Positions 38,529 through 49,693 of a stretch of 64,000 nt of DNA are shown one piece after another (within the stretch, counting starts at the first letter, position 1; each line of letters opens with the position of its first letter). This DNA is from Planctomycetota bacterium. Its GTDB lineage: Bacteria > Planctomycetota > PLA2 > JAEUHO01. The stretch covers positions 2,784,001 through 2,848,000 of the forward strand of contig CBDCTJ010000007.1 of assembly GCA_965222115.1 (NCBI GenBank), read 5' to 3'. Under the pieces are notes generated by a model, which was not told the DNA's origin, did no database searches, and worked only from the letters and a program-made list of their open reading frames with translations. Position numbers and translations under genes: made by a program.

Positions 38529-40412
38529 ATGAAACGACTCATCGTTCCCCTTCTGTTTCTCGGCCTCGCGGTCGCGACATACGCCATTGTTCAATCGACG
38601 AAATCCGGTACTTCGCGCGAAGCGGAGGGCAATCACGTATTGGTCGAAGTAGTCGCGAAAAAATCGGGGTTGCCAGTGACCAATGCGCAAGTTCGCGCCC
38701 GCTTTGGCGACACGAAGTGGCTCGCATGCGACTCAAAGGGACAGTACACATTCCGTGACCTCCCCATTCGACCCGGCGAAGAATGGACGCCGAAAGCTGT
38801 CGGCGAAGCGGTGCTAGCACGCGCGCCCTATCTCACGCTGCGGCAAGGCACATCGCCCACGGTAAAGAGAGACGAGAATGGCCAGTGGCGCGTTCGCTTC
38901 GCACTAATGCGCCATGGCGTCTTGCGATTGACGATACGCGATTCCCATCTCGGCAAAATGCGCGCGAGCATTCACCCGGCAACAACGCCTGCATCGTCGA
39001 TTGAGGTGATGGACGGTCGTGCGATCGCACGACCAGACAAGGCCGCCGCGTTTCGTGTGTATCCCGATTGCAAGAAGCTCGTCGTCATCTTTCGTGCGGA
39101 GCGGGGCATGGAAGCCGTCCGTGCCGCCACAGAGATCATCGAGTTCCGACCACCCGGCGAGGGCGGCATGATTGATCGACTGTTGGTTGCCAAGCCATGT
39201 AAGCCGATCATGGGACGAATCGCGAGTTCGGGCGATGTTTCTTTGCCACCCGGTGCTGGCGAGGTCGTCGTGGAGCAATTTGCGGAAAGCGGTGCGCGTT
39301 ACGCACTTGACGCGGTTACGCCGATTCGACCGGACGGCTCGTTTATCGCCGGTCAAACCGGAGATCACAAGTACCTGCTTACGGTGCGCAGTCCGTACCT
39401 CGCCGATGAACACTCAAAGGAGTGTCAAGGTGGTGAAGACGTAGTGATTGAGCAAGCGAGAATGCTCCCCTGGCTTGAGATTCGACCCTCGGATGACGCG
39501 CTTGGCGCACGTCCGGTTCGACTATTGGCCCAGTCACTAAAGGATTCAGCCGTCTGGGAAACCGTAGATGGAAAGACGCGCACGGTCATGCGCATTCCTA
39601 TATCGGAGAGCGGCCGCTACCGCATCCGGGGCATCGTGCCAGGCACAAACACTCGTTCACCATTTCGTGGGCAGAAAGAGATCGACGCCACGGATCAGTC
39701 GGGACCCGTTAAGGTCAAGCTCGATTGGAAGGAAGCGCCTTACGGACAACTGAGTGTCAAATTTCGCGAATCGGACACATGGAAGTCTCGCGGCGCGAAG
39801 ATCACGCTCACGCCGATGGAAGAAGATATGTTTTCCACGGACATTCATCCCCGAGTTACTCGCACACTCACACTGTTTGAGGGGCCAAAGGATCCACAGT
39901 CATTCGGACGTGTTTGCCCTGGCGACTGGAAACTGCGTGCGGAGTTCATCAACAAGAACACCGCACTCCAGGTCAAACGCATCAAGGTGGTGGCAGGTGA
40001 AGACCAGACCATTGAAATCCCGCGCCTTCGAGGATGTCACCTGTACCTGAAGTCATCCAGGGAGGAACAGAATGCGGCGGTTCATCCGAGACAGATTGCC
40101 GAGATAATTTCACGCTATTCGTTCGAAGTTTCCATGAGTTGGGACCTCCAATCGTCAGCTCCGACTACTTACTCGTGGGTGCAGTTGCTATGGAACGCCG
40201 ACACCGCACGCTTTGAATCGACCCATGCGCTCCAGCCGGGTACGTACTCAATGATGTACAAGCAGTATGTTCCCGGTCGCGGATCGCCCATAACAGGCCC
40301 ATCCGATGAGGGAATGACACTCCCCGAAGATCAAGATTTTGTGGAGGTAGAGCTCGCCTTACGGCGTCTTTTTCCTGGTGTTCTAGATCAAGAGGTGGAA
40401 TGGCGCCGATAG
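38529..40412 (+). CDS. Exported hypothetical protein with beta-sandwich (carboxypeptidase-regulatory-like) segments
   Basis: N-terminal signal/TM; GLPVTNAQV and PDGSF-type motifs. Confidence 0.6.
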   Translation: MKRLIVPLLFLGLAVATYAIVQSTKSGTSREAEGNHVLVEVVAKKSGLPVTNAQVRARFGDTKWLACDSKGQYTFRDLPIRPGEEWTPKAVGEAVLARAPYLTLRQGTSPTVKRDENGQWRVRFALMRHGVLRLTIRDSHLGKMRASIHPATTPASSIEVMDGRAIARPDKAAAFRVYPDCKKLVVIFRAERGMEAVRAATEIIEFRPPGEGGMIDRLLVAKPCKPIMGRIASSGDVSLPPGAGEVVVEQFAESGARYALDAVTPIRPDGSFIAGQTGDHKYLLTVRSPYLADEHSKECQGGEDVVIEQARMLPWLEIRPSDDALGARPVRLLAQSLKDSAVWETVDGKTRTVMRIPISESGRYRIRGIVPGTNTRSPFRGQKEIDATDQSGPVKVKLDWKEAPYGQLSVKFRESDTWKSRGAKITLTPMEEDMFSTDIHPRVTRTLTLFEGPKDPQSFGRVCPGDWKLRAEFINKNTALQVKRIKVVAGEDQTIEIPRLRGCHLYLKSSREEQNAAVHPRQIAEIISRYSFEVSMSWDLQSSAPTTYSWVQLLWNADTARFESTHALQPGTYSMMYKQYVPGRGSPITGPSDEGMTLPEDQDFVEVELALRRLFPGVLDQEVEWRR

Positions 40413-40472
40413 GGTGAATCCGCGAAGCCATAAACACCGCTCCCCATAGCCGCCATACTCGGAAACCGCTCT

Positions 40473-42830
40473 ATGCCAGCCACGTCCCCCACGCCACGAT
40501 CCAGTCGGTTGCTGCCGACGTGTATCGCTGCAACATTGGGATGTGCGCTGGGTCTCGCCGTCTTGGCAACACGCCGCTGGCTGATACCCATCGTGGGTCC
40601 GGGAGATATGACGTCACTCGCCCCAGTCAGCCTGGCCTCGATGGCGTTGGCATTGGGATTCGTGTTTGGGGGACGATTGGCCGATCGTGGTCGGCGAAAC
40701 ACCATGCCCCTCACGTGGGTGGCGTTGTTGTTCGCCTCAGTATGGATGTGGGCGGGCTACTTTTTATGGCCCGAACTCCTCACTGAGTCGATTCCCCCAA
40801 CGCTACATGCCGTGGCATATGCTGCGCTCTGGTTGCTGCCAGTTTGCTTCCTACTGGGCACACTGACTGTGCTTTTGATCAAGGAAACACTTAGTCGTCA
40901 CCGCTTTGCGGGACACGCTTTGGCGTGGCCGTGCATTGGACTGTGTGTCGGTCTCGCGTGCGCGCCACTCTTGTTTCGTTACGGGGTCGTTCTTTTACTG
41001 GAAGCGCCGTTCTATACGGCTGCGATTGCTGGTGTATCGGTGGTGGGCGCACTACTCACCCTGCGGATCGAAGATCGCGGCGACATGGTCCGCACGCGCC
41101 GACACGAAGGTCGTTGGCAATCGGTCGGCCGTGTTTGGCCGTGGACCGCATTCGCCATGGCCATGATTGCTACATCGTTTCTCGTTGTGGCGCGCGTGCG
41201 CGCAGCGCGATTCGTTTACGACATCGACATTGCGGAACACATCGTGCCCATCACCGCACTCATGGCTGCGGTGGGCATCTGGATTGCCAGAAAGCGTGTG
41301 GATCGCGCCTTGGCACGCCCAGCGGCAGCCGCCTTGTTTGTCTTGCTGGGGCTTGCTGTTGTGGTGCCGCTTTGGTGGCCGCTAGAGCGTTCGTCTGCGC
41401 TGCGAACGCCGTGGCTCACCGGACTTAGCCTGGTGGCCCCGTGTGCCGTGGTGCTCGGCGCGCTCTTGGTGATCGTCATTCGTGCACCCCTTGAAGACGC
41501 TAGTGCAGATGGCCATCACGTAGGACGCTCGTTGGCCATGACGGCACTCGGCGTGGGTGCGGGTGTGCTCTTCGCGAATCTGCTGCCGGGGTACTTGGGC
41601 ACACATGGACCGCTTCGAATTGCACTGGCCTTTTGTGCCATCAGTGCGGCAGCGTGGGTCTTGCTTGCGGGACAAGGCATTCGTCTGCTCATTCCGATCA
41701 TTGCCGCGATCGCGCTTGCGGGTGCGGTTGCATATCAACCACCAATTACGACAAGCAGTTGGCGAAGCCGACGCGGCGATCTACACGCGGGCCCCACGAC
41801 AACCGCAATGATTGAAGTCGAAAGCCTCAGTACGTTTGATGCGCTTCGTACGCACCCGAAACTGTCAGAAAAGCTCGGCTTCCTTCGAAGTCCTCCACGC
41901 ATTTCATGGCGCGGGCCGATGTCGCGGACGCAAGAGCTCGAATTGCGCCGAGCCATTTCGCAGCCCAAGGGACGTAAAGCCGTAGAAGCACTGCTGGGTC
42001 GCGTCGGACGGTCGCTCCGCGTGTTGAGTGATGCTGGTCGTGAACGCGCGGTGGTGGATCTGCACGACCCCACATGGACGTCGGGCGACTTGGATGCATT
42101 CGTCATGGGCCTCGGCATCAAAGGGCTGATCGACGCAAAGAAGGACAACGTTCTCATTGCAAGCGATGGCTATTCGCCGATTGTGTGGCCGGTTGCTGCG
42201 CGCAGTCCCGCGCGCGGCACGACGACGGTGCTCGTCACGGAATCCGCGTTTTATGAAGCGTTTCTACGCGCGATTGACTGGCCTGCGGCACCAACATTTG
42301 CCCTGCGTCAGCAAGACATGCGCCCGTATCTGCGCCACCATGAGACGCATGCACGCTTTGGGTGGATCCACATCGACACGCGTGCAGGGCGCACCGTCCG
42401 ATGGCACACGATGACCACCGAAGCGGTCGAACAACTGCACGCATCCCTCTGCGACGGCGGATTCGTTTCACTAGTACTTCATGACGCACCGCGCAGTCGC
42501 ACCGTCCTGAGTCCCGTCGTGGCCTCGCTCAGTACGGCATTTTCGCATATTCAAATCTACGCCCTGCGACGTCGCCACGACACCAGCCCGCGGGAACGCA
42601 ACACCCCCACTCATAACCGCGTGGTGCCCATGGTGATTTACGCCGGAAATCGCCCGGTGGACGTTGGCCGGGTTGAAGATGAAGCCGGGCGCCCGATTCG
42701 ATTTACAGAGTTTGGTCAGCTCTATATGGAGGCACTTCGGCAACAGGCCGGAGGGCGTGTCCTAAGCGACGCGTTTGCACCGATTGATGCGAGTCCGCCT
42801 GTAGACGCTGACACCGCGTCGAACGAATAG
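40473..42830 (+). CDS. Multi-TM protein fused to a degenerate spermidine-synthase-like domain
   Basis: About 12 TM segments; C-terminal DMRPYL, WIHIDT, HTMTTEA, LCDGG, VLSDAFAPID. Confidence 0.6.
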   Translation: MPATSPTPRSSRLLPTCIAATLGCALGLAVLATRRWLIPIVGPGDMTSLAPVSLASMALALGFVFGGRLADRGRRNTMPLTWVALLFASVWMWAGYFLWPELLTESIPPTLHAVAYAALWLLPVCFLLGTLTVLLIKETLSRHRFAGHALAWPCIGLCVGLACAPLLFRYGVVLLLEAPFYTAAIAGVSVVGALLTLRIEDRGDMVRTRRHEGRWQSVGRVWPWTAFAMAMIATSFLVVARVRAARFVYDIDIAEHIVPITALMAAVGIWIARKRVDRALARPAAAALFVLLGLAVVVPLWWPLERSSALRTPWLTGLSLVAPCAVVLGALLVIVIRAPLEDASADGHHVGRSLAMTALGVGAGVLFANLLPGYLGTHGPLRIALAFCAISAAAWVLLAGQGIRLLIPIIAAIALAGAVAYQPPITTSSWRSRRGDLHAGPTTTAMIEVESLSTFDALRTHPKLSEKLGFLRSPPRISWRGPMSRTQELELRRAISQPKGRKAVEALLGRVGRSLRVLSDAGRERAVVDLHDPTWTSGDLDAFVMGLGIKGLIDAKKDNVLIASDGYSPIVWPVAARSPARGTTTVLVTESAFYEAFLRAIDWPAAPTFALRQQDMRPYLRHHETHARFGWIHIDTRAGRTVRWHTMTTEAVEQLHASLCDGGFVSLVLHDAPRSRTVLSPVVASLSTAFSHIQIYALRRRHDTSPRERNTPTHNRVVPMVIYAGNRPVDVGRVEDEAGRPIRFTEFGQLYMEALRQQAGGRVLSDAFAPIDASPPVDADTASNE

Positions 42831-42836
42831 TCCGCG

Positions 42837-43862
42837 TTACGACTCAAACGCAATTTCGCCTGAGTCTGTGAGCTCACCCAGTACCCACGCCTCTTCGCCG
42901 GCATCGGTAAACGCCTGTACCGCCGCACTCGCGTCGTTCTTGCCAACTACGGCAATCATGCCGCAACCCATATTGAATACGTGATACGCCTCACCGCGGC
43001 CCATGCGACTCGCATTCAAAATCCATTCAAAGATCGGATTGGGGTTCCACGAGGAAAGGTCAATGCGCGCCCCAACCCCATCTGGCAACACCCGCGGCAA
43101 ATTGTCTTGAATCCCGCCGCCCGTAATGTGGGCAAGGGCATGGAGTTTGATTGACTTGTTTACTGCCATTACGGGATTCAAATAGCTGCGGTGCGGACGA
43201 AGTAGCGCCTCTGCTAGTGATTCACCCAGTGATTCAGGGGCAGCATCTAGGTCGTGTGCGTCGCGTTCGAGCAGCTTGTTGACCAGCGAAAATCCGTTCG
43301 TGTGCAAGCCATCGGAGCGCAAACCAATCAACACATCGCCCGCATCCACGTTGCGCGGAAGCACGTCCTTGCGATCGACCTTGCCGACAATGAAGCCCAC
43401 AATGTCGAACTCACCATCGCAGTACACACCGGGCATTTCCGCGGTTTCCCCGCCGAGCAGGGCGGCACCCGCGGCCTGGCAGGCTTCGACCAGTCCCTCA
43501 ACGACTTCGCTGAAGACTTCAGGGTCCAAACGGCTGCTGGCGAAGTAGTCCATGAAGAAGAGCGGCGTGGCGCCTTGAACCAAGATGTCGTTCACGCAGT
43601 GATTCACAATGTCGTGCCCGAGTCCGCGGACGCGATTCGCTTGAACGGCGGTGCGCACTTTGGTGCCAACACCATCATTGGTTGCGACCAGAATCGGTTG
43701 ATCCGATTCGGGAAAGCGCCCGTCATACATGCCGCCGAAGGAACCCAGTTCGTGCAACACATCCGGGCCGAATGTGGTCGCGACTTTGGCGCCAATCGAC
43801 CCAATCATGTTCATTTTCTTGTCGATATCGACGCCTGCATCTTTGTAGCTGAGCTTGGACAT
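42837..43862 (-). CDS. purM: Phosphoribosylformylglycinamidine cyclo-ligase
   Basis: YKDAGVD, DGVGTK, GGETAEMPG, GLHTNG, HITGGG, FNMGCG. Confidence 0.97.
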   Translation of the reverse strand: MSKLSYKDAGVDIDKKMNMIGSIGAKVATTFGPDVLHELGSFGGMYDGRFPESDQPILVATNDGVGTKVRTAVQANRVRGLGHDIVNHCVNDILVQGATPLFFMDYFASSRLDPEVFSEVVEGLVEACQAAGAALLGGETAEMPGVYCDGEFDIVGFIVGKVDRKDVLPRNVDAGDVLIGLRSDGLHTNGFSLVNKLLERDAHDLDAAPESLGESLAEALLRPHRSYLNPVMAVNKSIKLHALAHITGGGIQDNLPRVLPDGVGARIDLSSWNPNPIFEWILNASRMGRGEAYHVFNMGCGMIAVVGKNDASAAVQAFTDAGEEAWVLGELTDSGEIAFES

Positions 43863-44007
43863 GGAGGCTCCTCGAACGTACGGCGCGCTGACTCCCCTAT
43901 TGTGCCCGGCACAGCCCCCGAAATTGGCCTTTGGCGCCTCCGAAAGGGGAATCCGAGGCGGCGGAAATCAGCCGGCTGTGAACCGGTCGCAAGTAAAGTC
44001 TCCCTTC

Positions 44008-45174
44008 ATGTGCCCAGCCAATCCCCCCCGCAAACGCATCGCGCTTCTTGGTGCGACCGGCAGTGTGGGTACGGCGGCTGTTGACGTGGTGCTTGCCCAC
44101 CCCGAGGCATTCGACGTAGTGGCAGTGGTCGCGGGCACGCGCGGCGGTGCGTTGCTCGACATCGGACGTCGCGTGAGCGCCGAACGAATGGTGCTGCTTT
44201 CAGATGAAGCGGAGGCGGCGCTACGCCCCTCCGTGCGACCCGGCGATCCCGAACTTCGTGCAGGCCAAGCGGCAGTTTTGGAAATTGTACGAGAACCGAC
44301 GCTTGACATCGTGCTCCAGGCAACCAGTGGTGCCGCGGGCTTGGAGGCCACGCTCGCAGCCGTGCGTGCTGGAAAGCACGTGGCACTTGCCAATAAGGAG
44401 AGTCTTGTGGTGGCGGGCCCGTTGCTTATGCGCGAAGCGAGGCAGGGCGGCGCCACGATTGTTCCTGTAGATTCCGAACACTCCGCCATATTTCAATGCC
44501 TGCGCGGCGGTCAGCGCGAGGAAGTCCGGCGTGTGATTCTCACCGCCAGCGGTGGTCCGTTTCGTGGCCGCTCCACAGATTCCCTGCGAGACATCACGGC
44601 GGCGGAGGCGTTGAATCATCCCACGTGGGCAATGGGCAAGCGCATCACGATTGACAGTGCGACGCTCATGAACAAAGCTCTCGAAGTCATCGAGGCACGC
44701 TGGCTCTTCGATCTTGAACCGGATCAAATCGAGGTCGTGGTGCATCCGCAATCCGTGATCCACAGCATGGTCGAGTTCGTGGATGGATCGGTCGTCGCCC
44801 AGATGGGACCTCCCGATATGCGGTTGCCCATTCGATTCGCGCTCGGGTGGCCCGCGCGATTGCCCGCTCAACAACCTCGATTCTCATGGCGCGACTATCA
44901 GAATCTCACCTTTGAGGCGCCGGATACCGAGACCTTCCCTGCGCTACGTCTAGGCTTTGAGGCGGCGGCCCGAGGCGGCACGGCTGGCGCGGCACTCAAC
45001 GCGGCCGACGAGGTCGCCGTAAGTCGTTTCCTCGCAGGCGACTTACCGTTTACCGGCATTGCATCCCTTTGCGAGCGAGCGCTGGCCAACCATTCGTTTA
45101 CTGCGGATCCCACCCTCGACGACCTCTTGGCCGTTGACGGATGGGCTCGCGATGAGGCACGACAAGTATGTTGA
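44008..45174 (+). CDS. dxr: 1-deoxy-D-xylulose-5-phosphate reductoisomerase
   Basis: LLGATGSVG, LANKESLV, PVDSEH, TASGGPF, HPTWAMG. Confidence 0.97.
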   Translation: MCPANPPRKRIALLGATGSVGTAAVDVVLAHPEAFDVVAVVAGTRGGALLDIGRRVSAERMVLLSDEAEAALRPSVRPGDPELRAGQAAVLEIVREPTLDIVLQATSGAAGLEATLAAVRAGKHVALANKESLVVAGPLLMREARQGGATIVPVDSEHSAIFQCLRGGQREEVRRVILTASGGPFRGRSTDSLRDITAAEALNHPTWAMGKRITIDSATLMNKALEVIEARWLFDLEPDQIEVVVHPQSVIHSMVEFVDGSVVAQMGPPDMRLPIRFALGWPARLPAQQPRFSWRDYQNLTFEAPDTETFPALRLGFEAAARGGTAGAALNAADEVAVSRFLAGDLPFTGIASLCERALANHSFTADPTLDDLLAVDGWARDEARQVC

Positions 45175-47165
45175 AGCGACGACCCCTACCGCTTTTGCTG
45201 GGACTGGCCGTGGTGGCACCCACCTTGGCAGCGATTCCCGGCGGCTCCGTCATCCTCGCGATTCTGGGCATTAGCTTTCTCATCTTTGTTCATGAGTGGG
45301 GTCACTTTGCGGCCTGCAAGTTGACCGGCACACGCACCGAGACATTTTCAATCGGATTTGGTCCACGGCTCTTTGGTTGGGAAAAGGACCGGGAAGGCGC
45401 GCGTCGATTCACCGTGGGTGCGCGACAGCTCGATCCCGAAGATCATTCGATGGACTTTCGCGTGGCAGCAATTCCCTTGGGCGGTTACGTCAAGATGGCG
45501 GGTGAGCTGCCTGGGGAAGAAACGCCCGGCGGCGCCCCTGATGAGTTCCCCAGCAAGTCAGCCGGGGCACGAGCATTTATTATCTGCGCCGGCGTGATCA
45601 TGAACATCATTACGGCGATCGTGTTCTACGGCCTCACGTACAATATGAACAAGGCCTTCGTACCGCCGGTGGTGGGTCATGCCGAGCCCGGTGGTGCTGC
45701 ATGGGACGCGGGCATTCGCGCGGGCGATCGCATCGTTACGATCGGTGATAAGAAAATCGAAACGCGTGTCGATCTATTGACCGAAGCCGCACTGATGTCG
45801 TTTGAGAAGCCCACCAAGGCAACCATCAAACGGGGCGACAAGATCATTCCCGTGGAGGTTCAAGGACGCTACGACGAAGAGGTGGGGCGTGGTCGACTTC
45901 AGATTTTGCTTGCTCAAGGCGCAGCCTTTGGCGATGAGAAGAACCCGTTTCGCATTGGGTTGGTTGAACCCGTACGCGTCAATGGCGTGGAGGTGACCGG
46001 TGGTGCGGGCGTCAATCACGCGCTCAAACAGCTCACGTCGCTCGGAAAAGCATCTGCCACGCTCACCCGCGCGAATGGCGAGACGTTTGAACTGAAACCC
46101 AAGCCCTTTGAGACCACATCCAAGGCCGATGAGCTGCCGGTACGCATTGGTATTGGGGCCGCACGGCCGCTGGTGATTGACGATGTCGCTGGCGTGCTGA
46201 CCGGCAAGCTCAAGAAGGGCGACATGGTTGTGGGGTACGCAGATGGTTCGGGCGAGTCCCATGCGCTCAATTCTGCGAATCAGCTAGAACGCCTGCCGTG
46301 GCAGGGCAAGACGATTCAGTCACTGCGCGTGCGACGCTTTGCGAAGGCTGGCGTGCCCGGTGTTGAAGAGGATGTGCCGGTTGCGACGTCCACCCCCGAA
46401 GACGTGATTGCACTCATCGAGTCCATGGCATTTATCAAGGCGCGCCCTGGCACGGTGGAGCCTTTGAACGCAGACCATTTGTATCTAGTCGGGGAAGGAC
46501 TGTATCGCTTACCAGCAAGCCCTGCCCTTGACGCCGGGCTACACGCCGGCGACCGCTTGGTACGCGTGGGCGAGCAAAAGGCAGACACGATTGAGAAAGC
46601 CACAATCGCGCTAAAAAACGTTAGTTCTGACAAGCCCATCGAAGTGGAGGTCGTAGGCCCCGATGGCAAGTCTCGCATCCTGTCCTTGACACCGGCACGT
46701 CTTGAGCCACTTGGCACGTTGCCGACCCAACCCAATCTCGTCCAAGAACGCTACGAACCCGACGGGTTCTTCCACGCGTTGGGGATGGGTGCATCGCGCA
46801 CGTGGCGTGAAGTCAAAAACGTATTCCGGACCATTGGTGCGCTCTTTACAGGGCGTCTCAACTTCAATAAGAGCATTGCCGGCCCCATCACCATGATCGA
46901 TGTCAGCAATGACATGGCCGAAGAGAGCATGCCCAAGTTCATTTGGTTCTTGGCCTACATCAGCGTCATGTTGGCGGTCATGAACATCCTGCCCATACCC
47001 GTACTCGATGGTGGTCACTTGCTCTTCATCATTATTGAGAAGATCAAGGGCTCACCGCTCAAACCTGAGACCATGTACAACTTTCAAAAGGTGGGCATGT
47101 TGCTCCTGTTGCTCTTGATGTTCTTTGCGCTCAAGAACGACATTACGCGCCTGTTCAACCTCTAG
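45168..47165 (+). CDS. rseP: RIP metalloprotease RseP with PDZ domains
   Basis: HEWGH, FSIGFG, IPLGGYVKM, NILPIPVLDGG; follows dxr. Confidence 0.93.
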   Translation: MLKRRPLPLLLGLAVVAPTLAAIPGGSVILAILGISFLIFVHEWGHFAACKLTGTRTETFSIGFGPRLFGWEKDREGARRFTVGARQLDPEDHSMDFRVAAIPLGGYVKMAGELPGEETPGGAPDEFPSKSAGARAFIICAGVIMNIITAIVFYGLTYNMNKAFVPPVVGHAEPGGAAWDAGIRAGDRIVTIGDKKIETRVDLLTEAALMSFEKPTKATIKRGDKIIPVEVQGRYDEEVGRGRLQILLAQGAAFGDEKNPFRIGLVEPVRVNGVEVTGGAGVNHALKQLTSLGKASATLTRANGETFELKPKPFETTSKADELPVRIGIGAARPLVIDDVAGVLTGKLKKGDMVVGYADGSGESHALNSANQLERLPWQGKTIQSLRVRRFAKAGVPGVEEDVPVATSTPEDVIALIESMAFIKARPGTVEPLNADHLYLVGEGLYRLPASPALDAGLHAGDRLVRVGEQKADTIEKATIALKNVSSDKPIEVEVVGPDGKSRILSLTPARLEPLGTLPTQPNLVQERYEPDGFFHALGMGASRTWREVKNVFRTIGALFTGRLNFNKSIAGPITMIDVSNDMAEESMPKFIWFLAYISVMLAVMNILPIPVLDGGHLLFIIIEKIKGSPLKPETMYNFQKVGMLLLLLLMFFALKNDITRLFNL

Positions 47166-47177
47166 TCCGGACGACCC

Positions 47178-48116
47178 ATGAAGCCCTGGCTTCGATTTAT
47201 CCGCGCCCCACTACTGCTCACCGCGGTGTTTGATGTCCTTGTGTGTGGCCTACGCTCGGCAGACATTTCGGCGAAGACGGATGGCACCCCCTTGGTCGTG
47301 GAATTCTCATTGATTGGGACCGCGGCGCTGAGTGCGGCCTGCATCTATATATTTGGCATGGGTCTCAATGATCTGGTGGACTGCCCACGCGATCGCGAGA
47401 ACAATCCCGACCGTCCGTTGCCACGCGCGGATCTCAGTGCCAACGTGGCGACGCTCACCGTTGTTGTTGCGGCGCTGCTTGCGTGCGGTGTCTGGCTATT
47501 GAGTGAACGCCACGTGCCCCTTGTGGTGCCAGCGGCACTTCTTTGTGCGACACTCTACAACACATTGCTAAAGCGCAATGTGTGGGGCGGCGCTATGGCG
47601 ATGGGTGCCACGCGTTTCTTCAATGCATCGGCGTTATGCCTGCCATTTGCTCTAGTTAGCGACGCTCCGGACATGCTCTTGCACTACGGTGCACCACTCT
47701 GCATCGGCTTGTATTCGGCGGCCATTTTGGTGCACTCAACCACCGAGGAGCAACTCTCGACAACGCGAACGTGGGTCGCGCGCGTGTTGACCATGATCTC
47801 ATTTGTGGGCGCCGCTGCATTGGCGTGGATGCATGCAGAGCGCCCCACCTTGGGGGCCGTCCTAGCCTTCGGCGTGTCCAGCAGTGTGTTGTTTGGACGC
47901 ACACCCAAGCCCGGACCGGCAAAGAAGCAAACGCTCGAAATGTTGCTTGGGCTCTACCTGCTGGCGTTTGTCGTGTTGACGAGTCTTGCGAAGCACGGGC
48001 TGTGGATCGAAGGCGCGGGCTTTGTGATGGCGTGGTGTGCCATGATCGGAACGCAGCTCGCCATTCGCGCGCTCCGTCTCCCCAAGCCGCTCGTGGACAA
48101 CGTACGAATGCCGTGA
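47178..48116 (+). CDS. UbiA family prenyltransferase
   Basis: NDLVDCPRDRENNPDRPLP; multiple TM segments. Confidence 0.85.
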   Translation: MKPWLRFIRAPLLLTAVFDVLVCGLRSADISAKTDGTPLVVEFSLIGTAALSAACIYIFGMGLNDLVDCPRDRENNPDRPLPRADLSANVATLTVVVAALLACGVWLLSERHVPLVVPAALLCATLYNTLLKRNVWGGAMAMGATRFFNASALCLPFALVSDAPDMLLHYGAPLCIGLYSAAILVHSTTEEQLSTTRTWVARVLTMISFVGAAALAWMHAERPTLGAVLAFGVSSSVLFGRTPKPGPAKKQTLEMLLGLYLLAFVVLTSLAKHGLWIEGAGFVMAWCAMIGTQLAIRALRLPKPLVDNVRMP

Positions 48117-48119
48117 ACG

Positions 48120-49538
48120 TTACTTTCTGTCGTCGGACAACTCAAGGTGTCCGCGAATGATCGAAACGATTCGACGGTACTCTGCGTGCTTGCGAATGGG
48201 ATCCAGGTCGCGATCCTCTTCCATCCAATCGAGGTCGCGCCACCCCTTCTCTACGCTAATGGCCAGACACGCCAACGCACGTCGCCGCAAATCCGCGGCG
48301 CTTTCGTTCCCCGGCTCCAAGGACCAACTCGCATAGGCGCAGGCGAGGTTGTAGTAGTTGAGCACGTCCGACGAGATGGACCCGCCACGCAAGTTGCGAT
48401 GGAACGCCGCCACGGCCTCTTCGTACCAGCCCACACGAATCAAGATGACCGGCGGCAAGCTGGAAACCCGTATGGGTCGAACGCGCCGATAGTCGGATCG
48501 AAGTGACGAGAGAAAACGACGCACGTCGCGCTCATACATGGAAGGGTCAATCAAGTACAGGCACGTCATAAACTCGCCGTACTCACTGATTTTCGCACCG
48601 AGATCAAAGAGTCGATTCTGAAACGCGTCGGCATCCGTGAAGCGCGCGAGTGTATTGTTCATGCGCTCAAGGGCACGGCGTTCGGTGCGAATCTCGCGTC
48701 CCAGTTTCACACGGCGTTCATCGATGCGACTGACGACGTGAGCGTCTTCGGGCGAACAGAGTTCGGCTACGGCGTTGGTGGCCATTCCGCCAAGTTCGTA
48801 TTGACTCGCGCCGTGCTTGCGCAGGTACTCGTAGGGTCCCGTTGTAAAACGACCGGGGATGGGCATCGACTCGTCGAGAGCTATCGAGGTCACCACATCA
48901 AGGGCACGCCCGGGATTGATGCATTTCTTTAGAATGTCGTATTGACCTCGGTAGTAGCCGGTACCACCTGACTTTGAGATGCGCGACAGAAAGAGCGCTT
49001 CTATCTCAGCGCGTTCAAGCAGACCAACGAAGACATCGGCCGCTTGCGCGGCTCGCTTGCCTTTGACGCGACTGCCCATACGGGCGATGAAGTGCTTCGG
49101 ATCCTGCTTGTATTGTTTGAAGAGGAGGCTGTGGCTCTCCACGTCTCGAACAATGGCGAGTGCAAGCGCGGTGCTCTGTACCGGATCCGCGCGCAACACG
49201 CGTTCAAGGACGGCCTCAACCGAGGCGCGAGATCCTTCGTGGAGTAACAACACCGCAATCGCACGTTGTGCAGGTGCGGGTGCCCCCTCAAACGCGGCAA
49301 TCAGTTGCTCGCGGCCACGGGGCAGTGCCCGCTCGATGAGCAGGGCTCCGGCGCGCCGTTGGTGGGCGAGCGGACTCGAGAGCTTGCGAATAGCATCACG
49401 AAGCCCCGATTCGACGTCGGCCGAATCAGCGCGTCGCGCGTGGGCTAGGCCAGGCTCGTAAACTACCGTAACGTAAGCACTAATCACGATTAGCGCCCCC
49501 AACCCCAGGCGGATGGCGGTAGTCTGCTGCGAGGCCAT
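48120..49538 (-). CDS. Exported helical-repeat protein with C-terminal TPR-end domain
   Basis: Signal/TM; YNLACAYA..GWRDLDWMEEDRDLDPIR. Confidence 0.7.
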   Translation of the reverse strand: MASQQTTAIRLGLGALIVISAYVTVVYEPGLAHARRADSADVESGLRDAIRKLSSPLAHQRRAGALLIERALPRGREQLIAAFEGAPAPAQRAIAVLLLHEGSRASVEAVLERVLRADPVQSTALALAIVRDVESHSLLFKQYKQDPKHFIARMGSRVKGKRAAQAADVFVGLLERAEIEALFLSRISKSGGTGYYRGQYDILKKCINPGRALDVVTSIALDESMPIPGRFTTGPYEYLRKHGASQYELGGMATNAVAELCSPEDAHVVSRIDERRVKLGREIRTERRALERMNNTLARFTDADAFQNRLFDLGAKISEYGEFMTCLYLIDPSMYERDVRRFLSSLRSDYRRVRPIRVSSLPPVILIRVGWYEEAVAAFHRNLRGGSISSDVLNYYNLACAYASWSLEPGNESAADLRRRALACLAISVEKGWRDLDWMEEDRDLDPIRKHAEYRRIVSIIRGHLELSDDRK

Positions 49539-49693
49539 GTCGAGAGCCTACGGGGGATTTCCAGCCTGCGTAGGGAGATTCTCGCTGCCGCGTGTGCCGT
49601 GAAATTGCCGATATCCGGAGTAGAGGCTGCGAGGTCCGCAGCCGCTTTGCGGGTCAATCTCGATCGGCGGCGGGTTGGGCCCGCGTTGGATGT

